The translations under genes were made by a program, and so were the position numbers. Shown piece by piece: positions 39,850 through 49,925 of a stretch of 64,000 bases of DNA (position 1 is the stretch's first letter; each line of letters begins with the position of its first letter). The stretch is from Gemmatimonadota bacterium. Its GTDB lineage: Bacteria; Gemmatimonadota; Gemmatimonadetes; Gemmatimonadales; GWC2-71-9. The DNA lies in contig JAZDCZ010000243.1 in NCBI GenBank assembly GCA_036679605.1, positions 62,721 to 126,720 of the forward strand, written 5' to 3'. The notes below the pieces were generated by a model. The model did no database searches and had not been told where the DNA came from. It worked only from the letters and a program-made list of their open reading frames with translations.

Positions 39850-41282
39850 CGAGTGTGCAGCAACGGTGTGCCGTAGAAGTCGATTTCCAATCGTATGCGC
39901 CCTCGGCGCGCGATCACCCACTGCCGTGTATCCACCAGAGGGATGATAGCCCGCGACAAAGGAACGATTGCGCTCAGCCATGGAGCGGTCGCGAGTAAGT
40001 CGACCGCTACGGTACATGCGTCCACGACGAGCCGTGGCAAGGTCACGATGTATCCGTAGTCCCTTCCGTTCCCGAGGGCTCGCTCCAGATTCGCCGAGGT
40101 CATTGCAATGGCTACCAGTTGCTTGGGCAGCTCAGGTCCGAAATCACGCCGGCCGTCTTCAGAGGTGGAGAGCGCAACCAGGCGCGTGGCCAAATCTCTT
40201 GCAGTTGGATCTCTGTCGTCATAGACGATCCGTTGCATGGTCTCGGACTGGGCTGCTTCAATTGGCAACGCAGAGGGCCTTGCACTACAGTTCTCAAGCT
40301 CTTGCCACCAGAACGGATAACTCGCTCCGCGGGCCTCTCTGCGTACAGCGTCCCTTGCAAGTGAATTCCGGCTCTCGGTAGCCAAGGCCGTCATACCGGT
40401 CAAGGATGGCCGCGTCCTAAGCAGCACGTAGGTCCGATCCCACGCCAGTGGAGTCGATTCGAGCTGCGGTTGTGACCTGGCGTAATCCAGCACGCTGGGG
40501 TCGCTGGCGATGAGTAGATCTATACCGCGGTCGATTAGATCCCTCGTGTCGACTTCGCTGGCATCACGCACTTCGATCACAGAGGGCGGGGCAGATCCGG
40601 CGCTCGAGTTGGTTGAGGTTAGGACGATGGGTCTAGTCCGACCGGGCCCTCCCGCGACTGCAACTCTGAAACTACCGGTGCCTTGCACCCATCCTCTTTC
40701 CTCGCTGGATGGACCGGTCACCGCCAGTTCCGGACTAGCTAGTAACAGTGGGACCGTGGTGCGGGGGACGCTCGATCCGAGAGAAACAACGGTGTCACCG
40801 ATGGCGAAGATCGACGCGGGCGGGATGCCCCACTCACGGAGTAGGTTCTTGTCCCAGTTGGAGACGACGGTCCGTGCCGTGACGCGGCTGCCGTTCCAGA
40901 ACCGGGCATCGTCGCGCAGTCTAAAGGTCCACTGGAGTCCGTTATCGTAGCTACGCCACGAGGTTGCCAAGGCCGGCACTGGTCTTCCTGTACAGTCGGC
41001 TGCGATCAATCCCTCGTACAGTTGGCTGAAGACGAATCGTTCGGCACGGTTGGTCGGTCGCGGCGCATTGCCAGGATCGACAATGCTTGTGAGGGCGACG
41101 GTCAGAGTTTCGGGGAAGACGGTTTGCTGGGACAATAGCCTGCACTGGGACGCTGGCTCAGGTGGAAGGGAGGGAATCTTAGACCCACCACCGCAGGCCG
41201 TGAGACCCAATACCAGAACCGCGTACCGGCTACTTCCCAACGGCCGCAACCGGTCTGAAGCGCATGGCGGACCAAGTATCAT
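39846..41282 (-). CDS. Family-5 solute-binding lipoprotein (start uncertain, possibly TTG 41240)
   Basis: Lipobox LTAC; QLYEGLI...PALATSW...WTFRLRDDARFWNG motif. Confidence 0.8.
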   Translation of the reverse strand: MILGPPCASDRLRPLGSSRYAVLVLGLTACGGGSKIPSLPPEPASQCRLLSQQTVFPETLTVALTSIVDPGNAPRPTNRAERFVFSQLYEGLIAADCTGRPVPALATSWRSYDNGLQWTFRLRDDARFWNGSRVTARTVVSNWDKNLLREWGIPPASIFAIGDTVVSLGSSVPRTTVPLLLASPELAVTGPSSEERGWVQGTGSFRVAVAGGPGRTRPIVLTSTNSSAGSAPPSVIEVRDASEVDTRDLIDRGIDLLIASDPSVLDYARSQPQLESTPLAWDRTYVLLRTRPSLTGMTALATESRNSLARDAVRREARGASYPFWWQELENCSARPSALPIEAAQSETMQRIVYDDRDPTARDLATRLVALSTSEDGRRDFGPELPKQLVAIAMTSANLERALGNGRDYGYIVTLPRLVVDACTVAVDLLATAPWLSAIVPLSRAIIPLVDTRQWVIARRGRIRLEIDFYGTPLLHTR

Positions 41283-41628
41283 CTATTGATACCGCAGATA
41301 CTGCGCGCAGCCCTGATTCCATCAAGAGATCCCAGCCGTGGTCGCGGGAGATGTCGGTTGCGACCCCGGAACTCTTTTTGGGATACGACACCCAGAAGAT
41401 CCCGTCATATTTCAGAACCTTGAGAGCCTTTGGGCCAAATCGGCTGACTTCCGCACTATTCATTGCGAAAAGATGAACGAAGTCAAACTGGCCGGTGGCT
41501 CGCTTGGCCAGTCCCGCTCCGTTGGGGAGCTTGCCGAGCTGATCCGTGTATCCGGTGGGCGGATTGATGAGGATGATTCTGTGGCCTGGCTTGATCTGAA
41601 GTTTCTTGGCCAATGGACTTGGGGTCAT
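41230..41628 (-). CDS. Conserved hypothetical protein (DUF3052-like)
   Basis: LAKKLQIKPG, WVSYPKKSSG and IDDTWSAMRF motifs. Confidence 0.7.
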   Translation of the reverse strand: MTPSPLAKKLQIKPGHRIILINPPTGYTDQLGKLPNGAGLAKRATGQFDFVHLFAMNSAEVSRFGPKALKVLKYDGIFWVSYPKKSSGVATDISRDHGWDLLMESGLRAVSAVSIDDTWSAMRFRPVAAVGK

Positions 41629-41721
41629 GGCTCGTCTCTGATGCGGTTCGCTGGTGAACAACTGGCGTCGATCTGGTGTTAACGATGAGGACAAGAATAA
41701 CGCTTTTGGAGAGGTTACTAA

Positions 41722-42252
41722 ATGAAGCAACTAATGAGAAGGATGTCGCTGGTACTTCTGGCGATAATATTGGCCGGAGCCAGCAGCGCGTCGGCACAAA
41801 GGATGAGGCGAAGCCAGTTGGGCTCGGTGACGCAGACCGTTGGCAGGACAGAGATTACGGTGACCTATAGCCGGCCGACAGCACGGGGACGGGATCTGTT
41901 CGGTGCTCTGGTGAAGTATGATAAGATGTGGATGCCGGGCGCGAACTGGGCTAGCACCATCGAGTTCAGCGAGGACGTGACGATAGCCGGACAGAAGGTC
42001 CCGGAAGGCAAATACAGCATCTGGACCATCCCTGGTGAGGCGGAGTGGACCTTCATTCTGAGCAAGAAGGCTCGAGTCTATCATACGGATTATCCCGAGG
42101 GTCAGGATGCCATGCGTACCACTGTCACGCCAAAATCCGCGAACCATATGGATACGATGGCGTTCTATTTCCCGATAGTGGGGGCAAATAACGCGACTCT
42201 ATATCTGCATTGGGGCGAGACGGTAATTCCGCTCACCATCGACACCAAGTAG
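41722..42252 (+). CDS. Exported DUF2911 protein
   Basis: ITVTYSRP..RGR.LFG, WMPGAN and GKYSIWTIP motifs. Confidence 0.85.
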   Translation: MKQLMRRMSLVLLAIILAGASSASAQRMRRSQLGSVTQTVGRTEITVTYSRPTARGRDLFGALVKYDKMWMPGANWASTIEFSEDVTIAGQKVPEGKYSIWTIPGEAEWTFILSKKARVYHTDYPEGQDAMRTTVTPKSANHMDTMAFYFPIVGANNATLYLHWGETVIPLTIDTK

Positions 42253-42277
42253 CGTCTGACCGGAAGCGGGTGGCAAC

Positions 42278-42307
42278 CGAGGGTTCCGTTTCAGTGCGGA
42301 ACCCTCG
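42278..42307 (+). terminator. Hairpin after the first DUF2911 gene
   Basis: CGAGGGTTCCG/CGGAACCCTCG 11-bp stem. Confidence 0.55.
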
Positions 42308-42396
42308 CCTCAATATCAGGGTATTGCGCCTAGCGTGACACGGAAGGACCTTACCTACCAGTCCATGTTTCAGCTGACGATCATCATCTAGCTACG

Positions 42397-43614
42397 TTGT
42401 TGGAGATAGCCATGTCTTGTCACAAACGGTTCCAGCGTTCTTGGTTCGGTCAGAGTGCGCCTCTATTCTCTATCGGTGCGTTGGGAGTAACCATGGTTGC
42501 GTGCCAGCCGGCTTCCGACCAGAAAATGTTTGTCGAAATGCTCGGCAATGATACCACGGCAGTCGAAGTATTCTCGCGCACCGATTCCAGCCTGGTTGGC
42601 GATCTTATCGTTCGTAGCCCGGTGACGCGAGTGGCGCATTACGTTGCTACCCTGTCGCCCGACGGTACGATCTCGAGATTCGAACTTCGTTGGACCACTC
42701 CGGATGCCAACGCCGACGGGCCTGCTGCGGAGGAGTTCGTTGTTACGATGGAGGGAGACAGCGCCACCGTCGAGCGTTATCGAGAAGATGGAACAGACAC
42801 GATCAGAGTGGCCACACCCGAAGGTGCCATTCCGGTTGTAGGCAGAACTCCGATGGCCTATGGTCTACTCGAGCATGCGGTGCACCAGGCGTTTGCGAGC
42901 GGGAGCGACAGCGTAGGAGTCACTCTGCTAGCGGCTGGTAGCCAGCGCACGCGCCCCAACTACATAGCCAGAGTCGGTTCAGATACGGTTGCCATGAATT
43001 TCTTCGGTAGCCGGATGTTGGCCAGCGTAACCTCGGATGGTGACGTGGTCGGTATCACCGGAAGAGAGACCACGATGCAGGTGGAAGGCAAGCAGGTCTC
43101 GGATGTGAACTTTGAGCTGCTAGCTGAAGATTTCGCGGCGCGAGACGTGCGCGGCGAAGGCTTTGGTGTTGCTTCCCCCGGTGCAACTCTCCAGGCCACG
43201 GTAGGCGGCGCCAACTTGGAGATAAAATACAGCCAGCCGGCGCAACGTGGACGTGAGCTTTTTGGTGGTCTCGTTCCGTTTAATACGGTTTGGCGTACGG
43301 GTGCCAACTCTGCGACTGTCTTTACCACCGATCGTGACCTGATGATCGGTGAAACGTCGGTGCCGGCTGGATCATACACGCTGTGGACAACGTTCACGGC
43401 CGAGTCCAGCACGCTGATCATCAACGAGCAAACGGGGCAGTGGGGTACGGCTTACGATGCAAGTCAAGATTTCGCTCACATAGACATGACCCGCGAATCA
43501 TTGAGTGATCCGGTGGAGCGCTTCACGTTCGCCGTAGAGGGAGAGGGATCTGAAGGCGTGCTTCAGCTAAAATGGGGTACGACGCAGTTCTCGGTTCCGA
43601 TCAAAGTCATGTAG
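42397..43614 (+). CDS. Lipoprotein with a C-terminal DUF2911 domain (start uncertain, possibly ATG 42412)
   Basis: YSQPAQRGRELFG, WRTGAN and GQWGTAY motifs. Confidence 0.8.
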   Translation: MLEIAMSCHKRFQRSWFGQSAPLFSIGALGVTMVACQPASDQKMFVEMLGNDTTAVEVFSRTDSSLVGDLIVRSPVTRVAHYVATLSPDGTISRFELRWTTPDANADGPAAEEFVVTMEGDSATVERYREDGTDTIRVATPEGAIPVVGRTPMAYGLLEHAVHQAFASGSDSVGVTLLAAGSQRTRPNYIARVGSDTVAMNFFGSRMLASVTSDGDVVGITGRETTMQVEGKQVSDVNFELLAEDFAARDVRGEGFGVASPGATLQATVGGANLEIKYSQPAQRGRELFGGLVPFNTVWRTGANSATVFTTDRDLMIGETSVPAGSYTLWTTFTAESSTLIINEQTGQWGTAYDASQDFAHIDMTRESLSDPVERFTFAVEGEGSEGVLQLKWGTTQFSVPIKVM

Positions 43615-43638
43615 AAGTAGTTGTAGGAACGTTCTGGT

Positions 43639-43657
43639 CCCCGCCATTGTGGCGGGG
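43639..43657. terminator. Hairpin between convergent genes
   Basis: CCCCGCCA-TTG-TGGCGGGG. Confidence 0.55.
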
Positions 43658-43663
43658 GTGGAG

Positions 43664-45247
43664 CTAGATTGTCCCGTGCCCGCCGCCACCAGGTGTGCGG
43701 ATACTGATCGTAGTGCCGGATTCCACCCACTCGCTTGCCTTGCCGGGTAGTTCCCGTTCACTCCCGTCCGGGCCTACAAGCATGTTGCGTCCCGGTTTGC
43801 CGTTCTCTCCACCTTGCAGCCCGTACGGTCCACGCTCGCGGCGGTCGCTCAAGATCGTGACCTGTCCCGGGCACAGCATCTCGATATCTCTCCTGATGCT
43901 GTCTCCACCGCGGTACTTCCCCTTTCCGCCCCAGCCGCGATTGATGCTGTAACGGCGCACCCGAAACGGGTAGGTGTGTTCCAGGGCCTCGATCGGTGTG
44001 TTGAGGCTGTTCGTCATGTGGCAATGGGTGGCATCCAAGCCGTCGGCAGTTGGGCGCGCTCCCATACCGCCCGCGATAGTTTCGTAATAGGCGAAATCGT
44101 TGCCGGTGCGCGGATCGGTGCCGCCCAGCGTGAGGTTGCTCATCGTACCGTAGCTGGCTGCCGGAATCTGCCCAGGGATGGCTTTTGCCAGCGCTCCGAG
44201 CACAACGTCGACTATGCGCTGTGACGTCTCGACGTTACCGCCGGCAACCGCTGCTGGGAGTAGGGCATTGACGAGCGTGCCCTCGGGTGCGATCAATTCG
44301 AGCGGTCGGATTGTGCCGTGGTTCGAAGGCACGGCGAAGGGCACGATAATGCGGAAACAATACATTACGGCTGATAGCGTGATGGCGTAAATCGCGTTTA
44401 CGCTTCCCCGAGCCTGCTCAGCGGTTCCCGAGAAATCGATCTTGGCGTTATCTCCTTCGATGGTGATGGTCACAACGATCGGCAGCGGCCCACTACCCTG
44501 ACCATCGTCGTCCATGCAATCCTCAAAAGCGTAGACTCCGTCGGGAATGGCCCGTATCGCCTCCCGAGTCATTCGCTCCGCGTAGTCCTGTAGGTGATGC
44601 ATGTAGGCGGTGACGGTACCCGGACCGTACTTGTCTGCTATTGCAAGGAGGCGTCGCTCACCGGTCTTGTTGGAGGCGATTTGCGCTGTTAGGTCGCCCT
44701 CTCGTTCTGTTGGCGTTCGTACATTGGCGAGAATGAGTGCTAATACATCTCGTACGACCTCACCTTCATCCACCAACTTGATCGGGGGAATACGAATGCC
44801 CTCTTGGAAAATCGAGTTGGACAGCGGCATCGAGCCCGGCGTCATTCCTCCGACGTCGGAGTGGTGGGCCCTATTAGCGACATAGAACATTGGTGATTGG
44901 TTACCCGAACCATCGGCATCCAAGTACACCGCTTGGACCAGCGTTATGTCAGGCAGGTGCGTACCGCCCCGGAACGGATCGTTTACCGCTACTACGTCGC
45001 CCGGTTTCATCGCCACATGTTCGATCGCGGCCTCAACCGACAGCGGCATCGAGCCCAAGTGCACGGGCATGTGCTCACCCTGAGCGACCATGTGGCCCTC
45101 ACTGTCGAAGATGGCGCATGAGTAGTCGCGCCGTTCCTTGATGTTCGGTGAGAACGAAGTACGACAGAGCGTTACACCCATTTCTTCAGCCGCGGAGTAG
45201 AAAAGGTTGCGGAAGATCTCGAGTGTAATTGGGTCCCAGTTAGGCAT
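43664..45247 (-). CDS. Hydantoinase B/5-oxoprolinase subunit
   Basis: SPNIKERRDYSCA, NDPFRGGTHLPD, RAHHSDVGG and TPGGGG motifs. Confidence 0.93.
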   Translation of the reverse strand: MPNWDPITLEIFRNLFYSAAEEMGVTLCRTSFSPNIKERRDYSCAIFDSEGHMVAQGEHMPVHLGSMPLSVEAAIEHVAMKPGDVVAVNDPFRGGTHLPDITLVQAVYLDADGSGNQSPMFYVANRAHHSDVGGMTPGSMPLSNSIFQEGIRIPPIKLVDEGEVVRDVLALILANVRTPTEREGDLTAQIASNKTGERRLLAIADKYGPGTVTAYMHHLQDYAERMTREAIRAIPDGVYAFEDCMDDDGQGSGPLPIVVTITIEGDNAKIDFSGTAEQARGSVNAIYAITLSAVMYCFRIIVPFAVPSNHGTIRPLELIAPEGTLVNALLPAAVAGGNVETSQRIVDVVLGALAKAIPGQIPAASYGTMSNLTLGGTDPRTGNDFAYYETIAGGMGARPTADGLDATHCHMTNSLNTPIEALEHTYPFRVRRYSINRGWGGKGKYRGGDSIRRDIEMLCPGQVTILSDRRERGPYGLQGGENGKPGRNMLVGPDGSERELPGKASEWVESGTTISIRTPGGGGHGTI

Positions 45248-47228
45248 GTGCTTGCAATATCAGGTTCTCGTAGCGGTCGACTTCCAAAGTGAAATTCGGT
45301 GGCACCACGGTGGTTGTGCTGTATTCCACCACGAGCGCGGGACCGTGGACCCTATTTCCGGGCTTGAGCTTGGTCCGGTCGATAAGCGCCGCCTCGTGTT
45401 CAGTTCCGTCGAAGACCATGAGTTGCTGGCCGATGACGGCGGGACTTGCGTCTTCGGTTGCCAGGTCACGATCGGGAAGGGAAGGTTTTTCGGTTTCTCC
45501 TAAGGCGCGCAGTCTGACATTCACTATCTCTGTCGGTCGTTCCGGATCCGAATATCCATAGCGGCGGTGATGCAGCTCGTGAAATGTAGATTCCAATTCC
45601 CTGCACATCGGCACATCGAGTTCGTATCCTTGTCCTACGTATCTCATGTCCACCGACCGCTCGAGTGTAATCTGGTCGTTCGAGAATCCTTCATCGGCAT
45701 ATTCGTGCTCGGCTCGCTGCTCTAGCCGTTGAAACGCATTCTCCAGTTCGGTCGCATCGAGTTCGGAACTTGGTACCAACAACGTCTGAGAGTAGTCACG
45801 TATAAAGTCGGCCAGCAACATGCCGAGTGCGGAGAGGATTCCGGCTGCCTGTGGTACCAGGACACGTGGTATGCCGAGGCTGTTTGCCAAGTCAGCTGCG
45901 TGCATTGCTCCTGCGCCACCAAAACAGACTAGAGTGAAATCACGCGGGTCGTGCCCGCGCTCCAATGAGATGACCCGAATCGCCCGCTCCATTGTCGCGT
46001 TTGCTACACGCACGATTCCTTCGGCCGCCTCGGTGGGTGCTAGCGCCATTTCTGCAGCGAATGCTTTCATGGCTGCGTGTACCGGTTTAACGGCAAGCTG
46101 TTGCTGGCCGCCCAGAAAGAAGTCCGCCGACAGCCGGCCGAGAAATAGATTGGCATCGGTAACTGTGAGTTCAGTGCCGCCGCGACCGTAACAAATGGGT
46201 CCCGGTTCAGCGCCCGAACTGCGTGGCCCGACCCGTAGCGAGCCGCCCGGATCGCGGTACGCGATTGACCCGCCCCCCGCCCCCACAGTGTGAATGTCGA
46301 TGACTGGAACGCGGATGGGAGCCTCTCCTATCACGCACTCCTTCGTCCTGGTCAGCTCGCCCGGACAGAGGCATACGTCGGTGCTGGTTCCGCCCATGTC
46401 GAACGTGATCGAATTGGGAAAGCCGGCTCGGCGTGCGATCTCGAATCCCCCAACTGCACCTCCGGCGGGGCCTGAGAGGATCGTCTGCACGGCGAATCGC
46501 TGCGCCGCCTGCAGTGCGATGGCGCCGCCGTTGGATTGCATGATGCGGACACTGTCGCTGTCGAGTTTGTCGGCGAGCGCTGCAAGGTATCGGGCCATCA
46601 CAGGGCCAACGTATGCATTTATCACTGTCGTGGAGCAGCGCTCGTATTCGCGGAATTCCGGAAGCACCTCGTGTGAGGCAGTGATAAATACATCTAGTAG
46701 TTCTTTGGCTGACTCGATGATCTTCTTTTCATGTTCCGTGTTGGCATATGAGTGGAGTAAGCAAACGGCCACTGCTTCGACGTCCGCCGCGCCAATTTTC
46801 TCGAGTGCCCCCAGAACTGAACCGGCGTCCAGCGGTGCGAGGACCTCACCATGTGGTCCGGTTCTTTCATTGACTCCCAACCTCAGAGCTGCAGGGATCA
46901 AAGGGGCAGCCTTACTGACGTTGATGTCGTAGATCTCGACCCGATTTTGGCGTCCTATTTCCAGAACATCTTCGAAGCCGGCGGTGGTTATCAGTGCACA
47001 GCGCGCGCCCTTACGCTCGAGCAGTGCGTTGGTTGCAACTGTCGATCCGTGCACGATGCTTGCCTTGGCGTCACCTAAGAGATGAGCCAGGCCCGACAAT
47101 ATTGCTGTAGCGGGATTGTCCGGAGTCGAAGGTTCCTTGTAGACGGTAAGGCCATCTTGGCCCATCATGACGAAGTCCGTGAAGGTACCTCCCGTATCGA
47201 CGCCCACTACCACACGATTCGTACTCAT
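45240..47228 (-). CDS. Hydantoinase A/5-oxoprolinase subunit
   Basis: DTGGTFTD, HGSTVATNA, SGPAGG and DMGGTSTD motifs. Confidence 0.93.
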   Translation of the reverse strand: MSTNRVVVGVDTGGTFTDFVMMGQDGLTVYKEPSTPDNPATAILSGLAHLLGDAKASIVHGSTVATNALLERKGARCALITTAGFEDVLEIGRQNRVEIYDINVSKAAPLIPAALRLGVNERTGPHGEVLAPLDAGSVLGALEKIGAADVEAVAVCLLHSYANTEHEKKIIESAKELLDVFITASHEVLPEFREYERCSTTVINAYVGPVMARYLAALADKLDSDSVRIMQSNGGAIALQAAQRFAVQTILSGPAGGAVGGFEIARRAGFPNSITFDMGGTSTDVCLCPGELTRTKECVIGEAPIRVPVIDIHTVGAGGGSIAYRDPGGSLRVGPRSSGAEPGPICYGRGGTELTVTDANLFLGRLSADFFLGGQQQLAVKPVHAAMKAFAAEMALAPTEAAEGIVRVANATMERAIRVISLERGHDPRDFTLVCFGGAGAMHAADLANSLGIPRVLVPQAAGILSALGMLLADFIRDYSQTLLVPSSELDATELENAFQRLEQRAEHEYADEGFSNDQITLERSVDMRYVGQGYELDVPMCRELESTFHELHHRRYGYSDPERPTEIVNVRLRALGETEKPSLPDRDLATEDASPAVIGQQLMVFDGTEHEAALIDRTKLKPGNRVHGPALVVEYSTTTVVPPNFTLEVDRYENLILQAHA

Positions 47229-48733
47229 GAGCTAGTCGTTGGTGACGTAGTCTCACCGTACACGAAGCGCTCCACTTCACCGTGAATGCGCCAAACGGTT
47301 GCCGCAGTGGGCGGGTTCGTGAATCGCGAGACGACGAGAGTAACGAAGGCGTTTGCCATCAGAGACCACACTCCTCCATGCAAACCCAACGGATGCGGAG
47401 TCACCCTGAGCGTGAAGTAGAGAGTAACAAGTCCGACTCCAATCCCTGCCAGGACTCCCGCACGCGTTAGGAGATTCTTGGTGGGAAAGCAGACTCCCAA
47501 AATTGCGGGCATCAGTTGCAGGGCGCCGGCGCCGGAGAGTGCCACCAGTACCACAAGGAAGCTGAACGTCTTGACCGAAAGGAGGTAGCCGATCACGAGC
47601 AACCCGAGCACGATTACTCTTCCCACGAGTATGTAATGACCCTGGCTGGCATGGGGCGAGATGTATCGTTGATAGATGTCGCGCGTCAGCACCGTCATGT
47701 TAGCATGTAAGATCGAATCCAGTGTGGACATGGCGGCAGCCGTTGCCCCGGCGAGGATGATTCCCGTGAGCCAAGCTGGTGCATAGTTAAACAATAGCTC
47801 GGGAAAGATTCGATCGGGCACAGCGATGTCGGGCATGACGATGGCGCCGCCCAAACCAACCAGTGCGGCGGGGATAAACAGTGTCATCAGGAAGATCGGG
47901 GTTGTGGCGCCGAGCCACTTGATGGTGCTGCCGGAGGCTGCCGTATAGTAGCGTATGATGATGTGCGGTTGAAATATGATCCCGAACGACAGAACGATCA
48001 TCAGGCCGAACCACATCCCCGGTGTAAAAAATCCCTGTGGTCCCGGCAGCGTAAGCAAGTCCGGTCGTTCGGTCGCTACTCGTCTCCACAATTGGAGTGG
48101 CCCGCCGAACAACTTGTAGGCCAGGAAGAGCGCTCCGACCCACACCGCCACGTACATCCAGACACCCTGAACCACGTCGGTCCAATAGACCGCTCGTAAT
48201 CCGCCGGCCATTAAGTACGCGGCCGCGATCAGCAGTAAGATCAGAGTCGCCAACTCGAACGATATCCGGTCGCCCGATGCTACGGATAGAATGTATCCCA
48301 ACCCTTGGGCTTGCACCTGTATATAAAGGATAGTGAAAACCACCGACACCAGCGCGACCACCACCCTTACCGCTTCGCTCTCATAGAAATCGGCGAGCAT
48401 GTCCGCCGGCGTTACGTACTTGAACCTCTTGCCCAGTGCCCAGATCCGACTGCCGAGCACGTATGTGATGGCACCGACCAACACCGTCCATGTACCTGCA
48501 TCCCAGAACCCGATTCCGTGCGTGTAGAAAAAACCGCCAGACCCCAGGAAGGCGAACGCTGAGTGATAAGTTGCGACGATGGTGAGATAGAGAACTACGA
48601 AGCCGGCCTTGCGGCCGTAGAGCAGAAAGTCTTCGAGATCTATCGACAGGCGCTTGTTTGCGACAATGCCGATGACGATGGTGACCAACAGGTAGCAGAA
48701 GATGAGGCCCGTGGCCACCATCCACGCTTCCAT
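47225..48733 (-). CDS. Sodium:solute symporter family protein
   Basis: About 13 TM segments; GGLRAVYWTDVVQG and AAAMSTLDS motifs. Confidence 0.92.
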   Translation of the reverse strand: MEAWMVATGLIFCYLLVTIVIGIVANKRLSIDLEDFLLYGRKAGFVVLYLTIVATYHSAFAFLGSGGFFYTHGIGFWDAGTWTVLVGAITYVLGSRIWALGKRFKYVTPADMLADFYESEAVRVVVALVSVVFTILYIQVQAQGLGYILSVASGDRISFELATLILLLIAAAYLMAGGLRAVYWTDVVQGVWMYVAVWVGALFLAYKLFGGPLQLWRRVATERPDLLTLPGPQGFFTPGMWFGLMIVLSFGIIFQPHIIIRYYTAASGSTIKWLGATTPIFLMTLFIPAALVGLGGAIVMPDIAVPDRIFPELLFNYAPAWLTGIILAGATAAAMSTLDSILHANMTVLTRDIYQRYISPHASQGHYILVGRVIVLGLLVIGYLLSVKTFSFLVVLVALSGAGALQLMPAILGVCFPTKNLLTRAGVLAGIGVGLVTLYFTLRVTPHPLGLHGGVWSLMANAFVTLVVSRFTNPPTAATVWRIHGEVERFVYGETTSPTTSS

Positions 48734-48985
48734 CTATACTCCTCGCCGCTGTGCCCAGATCAAGACGCCGATCATCGCGACGTACAGGATCAGTAGGTAG
48801 GTGTAGAGAAACGGGAAGCCGAAGACCCAAGGCTCGATCCTGTTGGCGACGAGGTACACCAAGGGCGGTTGGGTCAGGATGAAAAGACCAAGAAAAGCGA
48901 TTACTGCGATCCAGCCTTGCCGAGACCGCGGCAGGAAGTGTGACCGAAAGTTGGGGTAGCTGTCGCGTTCTTGCAGTTCTGGCAT
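48734..48985 (-). CDS. Small 2-TM accessory protein of the SSS transporter (DUF3311-like)
   Basis: NRIEPWVFGFPF motif; directly upstream of the SSS gene. Confidence 0.75.
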   Translation of the reverse strand: MPELQERDSYPNFRSHFLPRSRQGWIAVIAFLGLFILTQPPLVYLVANRIEPWVFGFPFLYTYLLILYVAMIGVLIWAQRRGV

Positions 48986-49140
48986 TCGAGTCCCTGTGCT
49001 AGCGAGCGGGGAAGGTAGTCTCCTGCATGACCGCGGTGCAAGGCGTCGAGGTCTGGTTACTCTAACGCTGGCCGGCGTCTGCGCGTATAATAGAACAGAC
49101 CAAATAGCCCTCTCTCAATATCGATAAGGAGTGTCCTGGC

Positions 49141-49737
49141 ATGAATGTGCGTAAGGCGGCTCTGTTGTCGGGAGCCATGGCCTCGGTGGCCTTGGCGGTT
49201 CCGGCAATGGCCCAAAACGAAACCGGCCATCCGCTCGAGGTAGGGCAGATGGCGCCAGACTTCGCCATCCCGGGCGCGACCCGCTATGGCGTAGTTAAAG
49301 ATCCGATCAAGCTGAGCGACTTTAGGGGTAAGACAGTCGTATTGGCGTTCTTCTTCAGGGTACGAACCCGTGGCTGAACGATTCAAATGCACGCGTACCG
49401 TGATCAGTACGCAAGTTTGTTTCGTGGCGGCAAGGACATCGTACTCATAGGGATCAGCACCGATAGTCCTGAGGAGCAGAGTTCGTGGTTGCGTGACGAC
49501 GAGATGCCGTTTCTGTTTGCGAGCGACGTTACCGGAGAGATTGGACAGAAATACGGCGCGTTCATCAAGCGCGGTGAGCGAATCATCGACAACCGTACGC
49601 TCTTTGTCGTGGACAAGGACGGGCAGATTGCCTATGTGGCGGCACCGTTCAGGGAGATCGACCCGACGGCGTACACCGAACTTAGCGAGGCCCTCGACCG
49701 AATCGCTCCTGTGGCTGCTGAAGAGCCGGGTAACTAG
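49141..49737 (+). CDS. Exported peroxiredoxin-like (BCP/AhpC-TSA) selenoprotein (198 aa, U79)
   Basis: In-frame TGA at 49375-49377 at the peroxidatic position (RTRG-U-TIQM). It joins track ORFs 49141-49377 and 49387-49737; APDF, GIS.D and RTLFVVD motifs are present. Confidence 0.82.
49393..49412 (+). promoter_or_regulatory. Bacterial SECIS-like hairpin
   Basis: GCGUAC-[CGUGAUCA]-GUACGC; the loop lies 21 nt after the UGA. Confidence 0.65.
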
Positions 49738-49925
49738 CGGAGTATCTCAGTTCGCGTTAGCACGAGACTGATCGCTTCGCATGTCGGCAATGTCCCTACG
49801 CGCACTGCGGTTCGCGTGCCAGAGGGGCATCCCAACAGGGGCTACCGCTCACCGACGCGCGCTGCGGGGCACTACCGGCACGCTGCGCGTTTAGACGAGT
49901 CTTTGGTTACAGTTTACGAGGTTTG

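Noticed and set aside
49141..49737. Genome-wide UGA reassignment (genetic code 4 or 25) as the explanation for the in-frame TGAs
   Set aside because: Many genes here end normally at TGA, including ATGA overlaps, and the readthrough cases occur only at redox-Cys positions.
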